64,000 nucleotides of DNA, from the NCBI GenBank assembly GCA_051532035.1, contig JAOPTW010000056.1, positions 6,571 through 70,570 on the forward strand, in the 5' to 3' direction. Of this stretch, positions 9,622 to 18,558 are shown piece after piece. The stretch's first letter is position 1. Each line of letters begins with the position of its first letter. The DNA comes from Fibrobacterales bacterium. Lineage in GTDB: Bacteria > Fibrobacterota > Fibrobacteria > Fibrobacterales > JAOPTW01. Under the pieces are notes generated by a model. It was not told where the DNA came from. It ran no database searches and worked only from the letters and a program-made list of their open reading frames with translations. The position numbers were made by a program, and so were the translations under genes.

Positions 9622-9648
9622 GGCTGTTTTGATAAAATAAAAACAGCC
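9622..9648. terminator. hairpin downstream of the GH9 gene
   Basis: GGCTGTTTT (9622-9630) pairs with AAAACAGCC (9640-9648): 9-bp stem, 9-nt loop, AT-rich flanks. Confidence 0.35.
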
Positions 9649-9709
9649 CTCGAACAAAGTCCGAGGAGTGTATATCCCATTGTTTAATTGTGTGCGAGTA
9701 AGAGTACCT

Positions 9710-12700
9710 CTAAAACATTCTTAAATATCCCATCTTCAGAAACATCTGGGTCTGGGTAACGGTAGTTGGGCCGGTTAAGGTGTATTGGAAATTCATGAGA
9801 TATACGCCAGATCCAAGGGGGCGTCCTTCTTGATCTAATAGGTTACCATTGACATCTCGGTTGTTCCATTGAAAGCTATACTCTTTCCCTTTCTTGAAGT
9901 CGTCGCCATCCATGGTGATATCAAACTCTTCAATAAAAAGTCCTTCAAGGCTATAGATGGTACCCACAAATCTCAGAGTGTACTCTTCTGGTTCTGCAGG
10001 AATGTCAGATACCTCAATGGTAAATGCGCGCCTATCGTTATGCTCTTCGAGAGTAATGTTTTCATCTCTCACAAATTCTGGTTCTTCAGAGATATAGAGG
10101 TTTTTCTCAAAAAGGAGGGTAAAGTCACCGCCCAACACCTCTTGAGGAGGGTCAAAATGTATGGGTTCTTCTTCCTCTGAACTCGCTTCTTCGGATGAGC
10201 TTTCTGGGTACTCTATCTCTTGGTCTGATGACTCGATTTCATCTGATGATTCTGGTTCTTCTTCTGATGAGCTGGGTGGTTCGTCTCTAAAGTCTACGAG
10301 CCATTTTTTGTAGGTGTATGAGCACTCTTCTGATCCTTTGTCGCTCCATGCCACAAACTCTGTCATTGGTTCGAATCCATCTATTTTTGTGATGTCGTAT
10401 TTGAAGTCGACTGTTGGGCCGGTACGGATGTTCATTGCTTCGCCATTTATTTCGATGTCCGAGATGTCTCCGTAGGGGAGGACTGAAACCGAACCAGAAA
10501 TGTCTTCAGAAATGTCTTTTACGAGTGTTGCTTTGTTGGCATCCATAAAGAATGGGTCATTGGTTTCCATTTCAAAACTTTTAAGACTGAGTGGTGCTTT
10601 AAAGTCGGGGGCATAGCCATATACATGTACAGACCCCTTGTAGTATACGGGGATATAGTGACTCACGTCGTAGGTCATACGTGGTGCACCATCGATAACC
10701 TCAATGTCAAAGGGTTCGGTGTAAATATCCATCATGTCCCATGAGATGCCGCTCTCTTTAAGGGGTTTTTCGTGAGCATTAAACGCCCATGAGTCTTTAA
10801 TGATATTTATGTCAAAAGGGCTTTCTGATCCATGTTCATTAATTTCTATAAAGGTTATGTCAAGCTCTGCCCGGCCAGCGATAGGTATTTCATCTTTAAT
10901 TCTTATAGGAAGGTAGTATTGATCGGATTCGTTGTCGACTGCAACAAAGTCTCCAATCTCGATTCCGTCAATTCTTAGGGGGTTAGTCCCTCCCATATCA
11001 AATATCTGTTTGTCACTCGAAACGATTTTTATGTTATCTATAGGGAACTCTTTCACGGTCAGGTAGAGTCTGAGTTCTAAATCAGCATAAGCTCTTTGTT
11101 CATTGTTTGTTATGTTGAGATAAAATGTAGGGCCTCGTGCTTTATTTACTGGTTTAATGTAAATGGAGTAGTCCACAAAAGCATCTCGTGTCTTAAATGA
11201 GTAGTGATTACCCTCATTGTCATCGCGATGTGAGCCGCTGACACGGTCGTAATAGTATGTGGTATTCGGTTCAAGTTCTCTCACCATAATCTGGTGAAAT
11301 GAACCAAAATCACTCTCTTCAATATACCATGCATCTAAGAGGTGGGGGTCTTCACTGATGTATATCCCAGACGAGCCAAATTGCCCTGGTGACCACCATG
11401 CGACAGTTGCTGCTTCATGGCTGACATTGCAGGCATCAACAGCTTCCCATGTGGGTTCTAGAGGTTTTTCGGTTGTGGTAAAAGAAAACCATATTTTTTT
11501 AGCTGAATTACCAGCAATATCTTTACCTACAAGGCTAATCCAGTATTGGGTATCTGGCTTCAGATCATGAAGCTCCCAAGTCTTTGCCGATTGAGAACTA
11601 AAATGAGCGTCATTAATTGAACTTTTAGTAGTATCTATATAAAGTGCAACGGTGTCATTGGTGAGTTCGTTAAAATCCCATCGTATTGTTGCAATAGTAT
11701 CCTCTACCGGGTTGGCGATTATGGTAAAAAGTTCTGGCTTTGTTTTATCTGGAGGAAGCTTTTTACTCAGCTGTTGTGATAAGAAAAGGAGTTGTGATGA
11801 ATAGTCAATACAGGTTTCAGTAATAGTGTATTTGTCAAAGCTTTCAACAAGTATGTCACCTGGGGCAGCAGAACCCATGAATGCACCGGTAGGTTCTCGG
11901 TATTCATAGGGGATTCCTCCTGCGTTATATCCATCAGGGTTGGCGCCTCTGTGGTGGATATGTTGCAGGTGTTTATCACCCGCGCCAATAATAAAAGATA
12001 TGTTCCATGGGTTCTTGCCAAGGGCATAATCAAGATTATCGATTACCACTTGTTGGTACTTCTCGGCTGAGGGATCATTGATATCAAACAGTATTTCGGC
12101 GGCAAGAGCGACTGCAGTTACTGCCCCCATGTTGTATCGATTAAAACCCCATGCACTACTGGTCCATCGTAAATTGTAGGGCTTTTCAACCTTGAGTTTA
12201 TCGACAATAGTTTCGGTCTCATGTTTGCTCGATCCCCCTTCGGCGATAGTTTTATTTTTGAGTAGAGCAATAACAGTGCTTTGTATTTCTTCGAGTTCAT
12301 CTTGTTCAATACCATACTCTTTAGCGGTCTCTTCATTTCTATAGATAAGAAGGTAGAGGGAGGCGGCGACTTGTGCGTGGATATTTTGATAATCTGAAAC
12401 CCAGCCACCAGGATAAAATCCAGAGCCATTGCTTGCGAGCATGCCGTATTTAAAAATATGCTCGTTCCCGTCATACCCGTATTCGGCGTCTTCTCCATAC
12501 TCTGGATTTTCTAATAGGTCGTATTTGTATTTGGGGTCTTTGGTGGCGTACCAAAGGCCAAGGGCTCCCAGTGCAATATCATCATCAATTCGGGTCTGTT
12601 GTGTGTAAAACTCGACATTACTGTATGAAATACGGGTAAGATCATAGAGCACAATCTCTTCATAAATTTCTATTGCTGCCTCAAGGAGCTTGTCAGCATA

Positions 12701-13729
12701 TTCTGAATCATAGTTTTTCCAGGCGCTTGCAAAGAGGGCGAGTGTTCCAGCGAATTGTCCGCCCATATCTGCGCCAATGCCAGCATCTATGACTCGGTCA
12801 GGGCCGCCCTTCTCCCGAGGTGCATAGTCCTGATATTCGGGTAAAATCCAGAGCATATGATCGGCAAGGTCGACGCCAACTTGTTGATACATGTCGTGCT
12901 TTTCAATAAGTCCGTCTTCTTTAGACGCAAGATAGAGCTTGTAAATGTAGTCAGCGCCAATTTTAGCTTCCCAAAGTATATCGGGGATACCGTCATTTGC
13001 GTGGGGGGCAGTTTGAGCATATGAGTGTCCATAGCGGTCCTCTGCCTTTTCGGGCCAGAGAAGATAGGATAGGGTGAGGTTGGTAAATGAGTATGCTGTT
13101 GTTTGGGCTACTTTAAAATGGTCTCCACAATCGTACCATCCGCCAGCAAGAGAGCCGGCTTTGTCGGCGCCGCGTGCAGAGCCATCAAGGGTATGTGATT
13201 TGGGGTGAAACCACGATTCGGTGTCACCTGAGCGTTGAATACCGAAAAAATGGAGTGATTTTTCCATAATATCATTGTATAGGTAATCATTGAGTTCGAA
13301 TGGGTATGAAGTGTCGCCATTGCTTACAAGGCGATACTCACCATCTTTTTTAAAATCTCCAAAGTTGGCTTCATAGAGATATTCACTGCCATCAGGGATG
13401 GATTTAAATTCATAGAGTGGTGTTATCGACTTATAGATTGTAGTTGAATGTACGGTTCCATCAAAGTGGCTGTAGTCACCGAGGTAGGTGAGGTCCCCTT
13501 CGTAAACACTTTTGCCATTGTTGTCAATAAGTCGAAATGTCTCTTTGAGATTGGCGCCCGGTAACTCAACCATGGCTTTTTTGGTATCATCACTCGTTCT
13601 GTATCCGGCTTGATTGGTTCTGATGTTTTCAATAATGGTATTGAGAGAATCGAGCGGTCTTCTCTTGTCGTATCGTACCGCATGTGATGCAGAAAAGAGT
13701 AACAATGCGATGAGTAATAGTTTAGTCAT
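9710..13729 (-). CDS. multidomain secreted glycoside hydrolase family 9 (endoglucanase-type) with Ig-like N-domain, FN3-like/beta-sandwich modules, acidic Ser/Glu linker and a C-terminal sorting-like domain
   Basis: 1339 aa with signal peptide. CelD_N-like Ig domain (NQAGYRTSDDTKKAMV...). GH9 signatures GGWYDCGDHFK, HIHHRGANP and ITETCIDYSS. Linker PPSSSEEEPESSDEIESSDQEIEYPESSSEEASSEEEEP. C-terminus has W-x-x-RD...GSGVYL. Confidence 0.9.
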   Translation of the reverse strand: MTKLLLIALLLFSASHAVRYDKRRPLDSLNTIIENIRTNQAGYRTSDDTKKAMVELPGANLKETFRLIDNNGKSVYEGDLTYLGDYSHFDGTVHSTTIYKSITPLYEFKSIPDGSEYLYEANFGDFKKDGEYRLVSNGDTSYPFELNDYLYNDIMEKSLHFFGIQRSGDTESWFHPKSHTLDGSARGADKAGSLAGGWYDCGDHFKVAQTTAYSFTNLTLSYLLWPEKAEDRYGHSYAQTAPHANDGIPDILWEAKIGADYIYKLYLASKEDGLIEKHDMYQQVGVDLADHMLWILPEYQDYAPREKGGPDRVIDAGIGADMGGQFAGTLALFASAWKNYDSEYADKLLEAAIEIYEEIVLYDLTRISYSNVEFYTQQTRIDDDIALGALGLWYATKDPKYKYDLLENPEYGEDAEYGYDGNEHIFKYGMLASNGSGFYPGGWVSDYQNIHAQVAASLYLLIYRNEETAKEYGIEQDELEEIQSTVIALLKNKTIAEGGSSKHETETIVDKLKVEKPYNLRWTSSAWGFNRYNMGAVTAVALAAEILFDINDPSAEKYQQVVIDNLDYALGKNPWNISFIIGAGDKHLQHIHHRGANPDGYNAGGIPYEYREPTGAFMGSAAPGDILVESFDKYTITETCIDYSSQLLFLSQQLSKKLPPDKTKPELFTIIANPVEDTIATIRWDFNELTNDTVALYIDTTKSSINDAHFSSQSAKTWELHDLKPDTQYWISLVGKDIAGNSAKKIWFSFTTTEKPLEPTWEAVDACNVSHEAATVAWWSPGQFGSSGIYISEDPHLLDAWYIEESDFGSFHQIMVRELEPNTTYYYDRVSGSHRDDNEGNHYSFKTRDAFVDYSIYIKPVNKARGPTFYLNITNNEQRAYADLELRLYLTVKEFPIDNIKIVSSDKQIFDMGGTNPLRIDGIEIGDFVAVDNESDQYYLPIRIKDEIPIAGRAELDITFIEINEHGSESPFDINIIKDSWAFNAHEKPLKESGISWDMMDIYTEPFDIEVIDGAPRMTYDVSHYIPVYYKGSVHVYGYAPDFKAPLSLKSFEMETNDPFFMDANKATLVKDISEDISGSVSVLPYGDISDIEINGEAMNIRTGPTVDFKYDITKIDGFEPMTEFVAWSDKGSEECSYTYKKWLVDFRDEPPSSSEEEPESSDEIESSDQEIEYPESSSEEASSEEEEPIHFDPPQEVLGGDFTLLFEKNLYISEEPEFVRDENITLEEHNDRRAFTIEVSDIPAEPEEYTLRFVGTIYSLEGLFIEEFDITMDGDDFKKGKEYSFQWNNRDVNGNLLDQEGRPLGSGVYLMNFQYTLTGPTTVTQTQMFLKMGYLRMF

Positions 13730-14126
13730 AAGCCTCTTCCATGTATATGTGCTAGTAATATATACAAAGTATACGTAGACAATAAAATGTAACTATGTTT
13801 TTTACAAAATAGTTGTCGCCGTGTTGACATATTGGCTAATTTGTTGACATGGTGCTCAGTATGGTGGTTTTTATGGTGTTTTCTCTTGAGTGTAGTGTAG
13901 ACAAATAAATAGGAATATTAGCGTTGGCTAGTCCTGTTTCAGCACCGAATTAAGCCAAATTGCTATTGCTTGCTTTTTAAGTTCTATCCATCGGTTTGTG
14001 CCTATCAATACATATAATAAGGCTGTGGCGATTCTGTTATCTATAGGATAGAGATGGGGGAATGTAAAGAGGAGAGGGGGATTGAGTAATCATTAACCAT
14101 TTGAGATTGTGTAAACAGCCAACAAA

Positions 14127-14156
14127 CAAAAAAAGCCACTATGAGTGGCTTTTTTG
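14127..14156. terminator. orphan bidirectional intrinsic terminator inside a divergent intergenic spacer
   Basis: AGCCACT-ATG-AGTGGCT (14134-14150) is extended by an A-run on the left and a T-run on the right. Both flanking genes are transcribed away from it. Confidence 0.6.
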
Positions 14157-14256
14157 ATTCCTGAAAAGGTAGGTGTTAATGCTCAATAGGTGACAATACG
14201 ATAAGCGGTAGTGAGTCAAGCATAGGGGCAATATATATACACTATGAAATGTTGTC

Positions 14257-14272
14257 TGTGATAGGCATCACA
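14257..14272. promoter_or_regulatory. Crp/Fnr-family-type palindrome TGTGA-N6-TCACA
   Basis: TGTGATAGGCATCACA matches both consensus half-sites exactly. It is intergenic, about 135 bp upstream of the ABC operon start and about 41 bp upstream of a possible minus-strand start near 14223. Confidence 0.4.
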
Positions 14273-14398
14273 CTTTGTCTGTTTATTTTCAATTAATTGG
14301 TTTATTCCATTAAGGGGCAAGGCTTGTTTCGGCAATTTAGGGGGAGTAATGGTTGATTGAGTAAACGACTCGCCTAAAAGAACCCCTTTTTCTATATA

Positions 14399-15397
14399 GT
14401 GTCCATGATAAAAATCAAAAACCTCTCATACGCATATCCTGACCAACTCGCTCTTAAATCAATCTATTGTGAGATAAAGCCAGGAACAATTACAGCTGTC
14501 GTTGGGCCAAATGGCGCAGGAAAATCGACACTCTTTAAATGTATCACCACCTTGCAGAAGCCTGCTCCGGGGACCATTTTTATTAATGGCCTCGACGTAG
14601 TAACTCATCCGCGAGAGTGCAAAAAGCTTATTGGCTACCTTCCCGATACTTTTGGGCTCTATGAAAAGCTCACAGTCAATCAGGTACTGACCTATTTTGC
14701 TCAAGCTCATGGCTGTACAACACAAGAGAGTGAACGCCGTGTATCAGAATTGGTGGCTCTTTTAAATTTGTCAGACAAAATTGATAAACCCTGTGGGAGC
14801 TTATCACGGGGGATGCGCCAGCGTGTCGCTATCGGACAAGCGATGATTCATAATCCAGCGCTCCTAGTGCTCGATGAACCCGCCTCAGGGCTTGACCCCG
14901 AAGCTCGTCATGAACTCGCTCAGCTTTTTATTCGCCTCAAAGAAGAGGGGGTGACCCTCCTGATATCATCCCATATTTTAGCCGAGCTCGATCAATACGC
15001 CGATGACCTGTTAGTGTTGCGTGGCGGTGAATTGGTTAATCAAAAAGCTCAGGCTCTTTCGAGTGATCAAGGGGCCGTAGACGAAACATCTGTCGAAGAG
15101 CGTTTGATAACCCTTAAAGTACTCTCTCAGCCAGACAGTGTTACTAAACTTCTTTCCACAAATACCTACGTACCACAAAGTCATGATGGTGAAATTCTTT
15201 CATTGCTCTCACGAGTTTCAAAAGTGGCCTGTGAAGGGAATGAGGTAAAAGCAGTATTGAATGGAACTGAAAAAGATCAACACACCTTAATTCGCTTCCT
15301 CTTTCAAGAGGGGTGTACCATTAGTGAATGCTACACCGAGAAACAAAACCTGCAAGAGACCTATCTCACTATGGTAAAGGAACATGATGCCAAGTAA
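14399..15397 (+). CDS. ABC transporter ATP-binding protein (ABC-2/DUF4162-type C-terminal extension)
   Basis: Walker A GPNGAGKST, signature LSRGMRQRV, Walker B LLVLDEPASGLD and H-loop SSHIL. About 110 aa extra at the C-terminus. Start is GTG 14399 or ATG 14405. Confidence 0.85.
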   Translation: MSMIKIKNLSYAYPDQLALKSIYCEIKPGTITAVVGPNGAGKSTLFKCITTLQKPAPGTIFINGLDVVTHPRECKKLIGYLPDTFGLYEKLTVNQVLTYFAQAHGCTTQESERRVSELVALLNLSDKIDKPCGSLSRGMRQRVAIGQAMIHNPALLVLDEPASGLDPEARHELAQLFIRLKEEGVTLLISSHILAELDQYADDLLVLRGGELVNQKAQALSSDQGAVDETSVEERLITLKVLSQPDSVTKLLSTNTYVPQSHDGEILSLLSRVSKVACEGNEVKAVLNGTEKDQHTLIRFLFQEGCTISECYTEKQNLQETYLTMVKEHDAK

Positions 15398-16772
15398 TTA
15401 CACATCCAATCCCGAGATAAACAGAAACATCTGGCTCGAGCTTACCTTTGGACGATTAGCCGGGATCCCTTTGGTGATCATCTGTTTTTTAGGGTTAGCC
15501 TATCTGACTGCGGTCAGATTCTTTGATGCAAACTTTGCTGAGATCATCAATACCAGTTCCCTGTATGGGCTCTATCTCACGGCCTTTGTAATGGGGGTAC
15601 GGCAAGCATCCGGCGCTATTATTAAAGAAGTACATGAGAAAACCTGGGATGCTCAGCGACTCTTAAGTATTGCTCCAAAGACTATGATGCTCGGAAAGCT
15701 CTTTGGTTCAACCATCTATGCGTGGTATGGAGTAGCCTGTTTTGGCGTACTGTATCTGGGGAGTGCACTGCTTATAGATCACACTTTTGAACGGATAGCA
15801 CTGTTTGTTACTCTACTACTTGGTGCTATTATGGTTCAGGCTTTGATAATTTCATTAACGGTATTAAAAATTAATAAAGATCGTTCCGCCACTATTTCAA
15901 CCTTCTTCTACTTCGTGATAGGGGTTGTTGTCGCACTGTTTGTTATCGATAGTGCCAATAAAATAGTTGACTTTGAAGAGCCACTCTTTTTTTGGTACAC
16001 CCTCACACTTCCCGTAGTTCCTGCACTCCTTGCGGTGACTGCACTATTTACGGGATGGTCGGTCTATGGGCTTTATAGAACGTTACGCAGAGAGTATCTC
16101 TATACCAACACCATTATTCCCTGGTCGCTTTTTACGGTTACTTTGATGATTTTTGTAGGAGGTCTCTACAGTGCAGAGCATGTTTCCTCGCTGACTGAAG
16201 GGCTTATAAACTTTGATCAAATTGCCGTCAGTACTCATACTGCATTTATTGTGGGGGTTATCCTCAGTTATTATTTAGCCTTTAGTGAAAGTCGGTCTGT
16301 GATAACCTTCAATAGCTTTTTGTGGGCCGTCTCTAAAAAAAGAGTGTCTGCGCTTCTTACACAAACACCACTGTGGGTGGTAACCCTTTGTATTACAGCC
16401 GGAGCGGCAGTAGTGAGTGTCGTCTTTTCTGTAGGCTCATTTGACACGCTCGAAAACCGACTAGGAGTAAATGCACTCTGGGCAATCAATATACTGGCAT
16501 TTGTTATTCGTGACATAACCCTTCTCCACCTCGTCTCATTTGTAGAGAAAAAACGGAAGCCCGAAGGGGTAACGCTGTTCTATCTTATTCTGATGTATGG
16601 AATGGTGCCCGCACTCTTTGGAGTGGTTGGATTAAAGGATTTACTCCCTGTATTCTTACCGATGACTGAAAGTGGTATTGTGTTGGGAACCCTCTTTCCT
16701 TGGGGCCAAACTATTGGAATAGTGGTTTTTACCCATAAAATTCTGAAAAATGAGGTTAGAGCCGTTAAATAG
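15384..16772 (+). CDS. polytopic membrane protein, presumed permease partner of the ABC ATPase
   Basis: 462 aa with about 12 hydrophobic segments. ATGATG start overlaps the ATPase stop by 14 nt, RBS AAGGA. No family motif recognised. Confidence 0.55.
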   Translation: MMPSNYTSNPEINRNIWLELTFGRLAGIPLVIICFLGLAYLTAVRFFDANFAEIINTSSLYGLYLTAFVMGVRQASGAIIKEVHEKTWDAQRLLSIAPKTMMLGKLFGSTIYAWYGVACFGVLYLGSALLIDHTFERIALFVTLLLGAIMVQALIISLTVLKINKDRSATISTFFYFVIGVVVALFVIDSANKIVDFEEPLFFWYTLTLPVVPALLAVTALFTGWSVYGLYRTLRREYLYTNTIIPWSLFTVTLMIFVGGLYSAEHVSSLTEGLINFDQIAVSTHTAFIVGVILSYYLAFSESRSVITFNSFLWAVSKKRVSALLTQTPLWVVTLCITAGAAVVSVVFSVGSFDTLENRLGVNALWAINILAFVIRDITLLHLVSFVEKKRKPEGVTLFYLILMYGMVPALFGVVGLKDLLPVFLPMTESGIVLGTLFPWGQTIGIVVFTHKILKNEVRAVK

Positions 16773-16918
16773 ATGCTGTTTAAGTAATGTCCTGCTTCGC
16801 AATTGATCAAAATAGCAACAGAAACTCAAGTATTGGGTGAGAGGTATCCTTGTTTTTACATAGATACAATGGTCAAATTCCTATCTTTGACCCAATCTAA
16901 AAACCAGAGCAGACCTGA

Positions 16919-18382
16919 ATGTATAACTATTTAATAACTCCTGTACTAGTGACACTCTTTATGTTAAGTGCTTGTGATCGAAACGTAGTAAAGCCAGAGT
17001 TGGGTGAGACTGATGACTCTGCCGTATCATCACAGGCAGTAGCGGCTCAAGTATCGAGTAGTACTATACTCCCAGATGCCGGTTTGAGTTCAACTGTTGT
17101 TGATTTAGGCGGGGCAACCCATACGAGTTCATCTTCACAAATCGTATATCCAGGTGTATCAATTGATATCAAATCGGGTTCTTCAAGTAGCGTAGTGCAA
17201 GTGAGTAGCGCAACTGGTTCTATGAGCAGCGTAGCTGTCACTTCTTCTAATAACCAATCATCAGTAGCGACACAAGTCTCTTCCAATGTTTCTTCTTCAT
17301 CAGTAATGGTGTCAAGCTCTGTAATTAAAGCTCTATCCTCTTCAGTAATTACTCCAGATGGAGTGTCTTCTTCTTCTTCTTCTCACTCGTCCTCTTCAAT
17401 GGGGCCAGAAATTTTTGTTTTTTATGCCGATAAATTAGGGGGGAGTGATGAGTTTACAGCTATTGGACATTCATTTGCATGGGATAATGCTCCCCATGTA
17501 CTCTCAGGTGACGCCCCTCAGGGTGATAGTTGCGTGATTCATACTATTGACTGGGGGGGGCGTGCGTATAAATTAAATCAGAAGCACGACTTCAGTCAAT
17601 TTAACGGTGGGTATTTACACTTTCAGATCAAAACAGCCAGTAATGCAAAAATTAAACTTGAATGGGGGCGAGAGGGCAAAGACTCATTGTATCTCCGCGA
17701 ATATGCTGACCTCACTAATGAATGGGAGAAGGTGGTTATTCCCCTCGATTCATTTAAAGGAATTAATCTAAAAGTATTACGTGAAGCATTTGCGATAAGT
17801 TATCACAGAGAATTTACAAATGGTGAAATTGCTCTTGATGATATCTACTTCTCTACCCACGGGACTGCGACTTACAAACATAGAGCAAAAAATGAAGCAA
17901 TGTTTTCTATAGAGAGAGATACACTACAACTTATTACCGATAACTGGTATGGCACTGACTCAATGGACTCAATAAGCAGACCAGAATTTTTGGGGGATAT
18001 CGAGGCGAATTACTCTTCTAATCAAGGTGAGAGAAGTATTGGGTTTACTATTAATCACAGCATTGGTGGAGGTGGGGGCTACTCAATGAGTTATCACACT
18101 CCAAAAGATTTGAGCTATTATAGCGGTGGCTCTCTAGTGTTTGATGTAAAAACAGCTTTTCCAGAGAAGGCTATCAAATTAGAGTGGGGGACGTGTGGTG
18201 AAAAATGTTCTACCTGGGTTGACCTTCGGAACTATATTACACAGGGTAATAAATGGGAGACCATTACAATACCACTTAATGACTTTAGTGGTATAGATCT
18301 TCAACGCATGAAAGTACCTTTTGGTATTCAGAATGGTCCTTCTGGGACAGTGTATATTAAAAACGTGCGTTGGGTAAAATAA
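16919..18382 (+). CDS. surface lipoprotein with Ser-rich linker and two copies of an unassigned ~150-aa beta-sandwich-like (putative glycan-binding) module
   Basis: Lipobox LFMLSAC. About 130 aa of Ser/Val-rich low complexity. Two modules carry the motifs YLHFQIKT..IKLEWG / LVFDVKT..IKLEWG and WE.V.IPL..F. Protein ends in VYIKNVRWVK. Confidence 0.6.
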   Translation: MYNYLITPVLVTLFMLSACDRNVVKPELGETDDSAVSSQAVAAQVSSSTILPDAGLSSTVVDLGGATHTSSSSQIVYPGVSIDIKSGSSSSVVQVSSATGSMSSVAVTSSNNQSSVATQVSSNVSSSSVMVSSSVIKALSSSVITPDGVSSSSSSHSSSSMGPEIFVFYADKLGGSDEFTAIGHSFAWDNAPHVLSGDAPQGDSCVIHTIDWGGRAYKLNQKHDFSQFNGGYLHFQIKTASNAKIKLEWGREGKDSLYLREYADLTNEWEKVVIPLDSFKGINLKVLREAFAISYHREFTNGEIALDDIYFSTHGTATYKHRAKNEAMFSIERDTLQLITDNWYGTDSMDSISRPEFLGDIEANYSSNQGERSIGFTINHSIGGGGGYSMSYHTPKDLSYYSGGSLVFDVKTAFPEKAIKLEWGTCGEKCSTWVDLRNYITQGNKWETITIPLNDFSGIDLQRMKVPFGIQNGPSGTVYIKNVRWVK

Positions 18383-18558
18383 TTATTTACAAACATATTT
18401 GAAGAGTGTTTTTAGATGAGTATAGGGTAAATAGGTATTGTTCTTCAGTTTAAAACACAAACAACCAAAATCCACTCGGTGAGTTTACTGTATTTTACAA
18501 TTATTTATACCGTCAATTTTTATCTTTGGTTTACCTTAAAAAGCCAGGGTTAGCCTAA

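Noticed and set aside
13824-13849. Two TTGACA hexamers 20 bp apart in the GH9/ABC spacer, considered as -35 boxes for a plus-strand sRNA ending at the 14127-14156 terminator
   Set aside because: Neither has an acceptable -10 hexamer at 16-18 bp spacing (ACATGG, GTTTTT), so plus-strand promoter activity cannot be supported from the sequence. The minus-strand alternative is reported as a finding instead.
16990-17400. Repetitive Ser-codon tracts in the lipoprotein genes (e.g. TCTTCTTCTTCTTCTTCT near 17370) and the acidic repeats in the GH9 and the giant protein, considered as CRISPR-like or tandem repeats
   Set aside because: They are in-frame low-complexity linkers (poly-Ser, Ser/Glu). They are not regularly spaced repeat-spacer units, and no cas genes are present.
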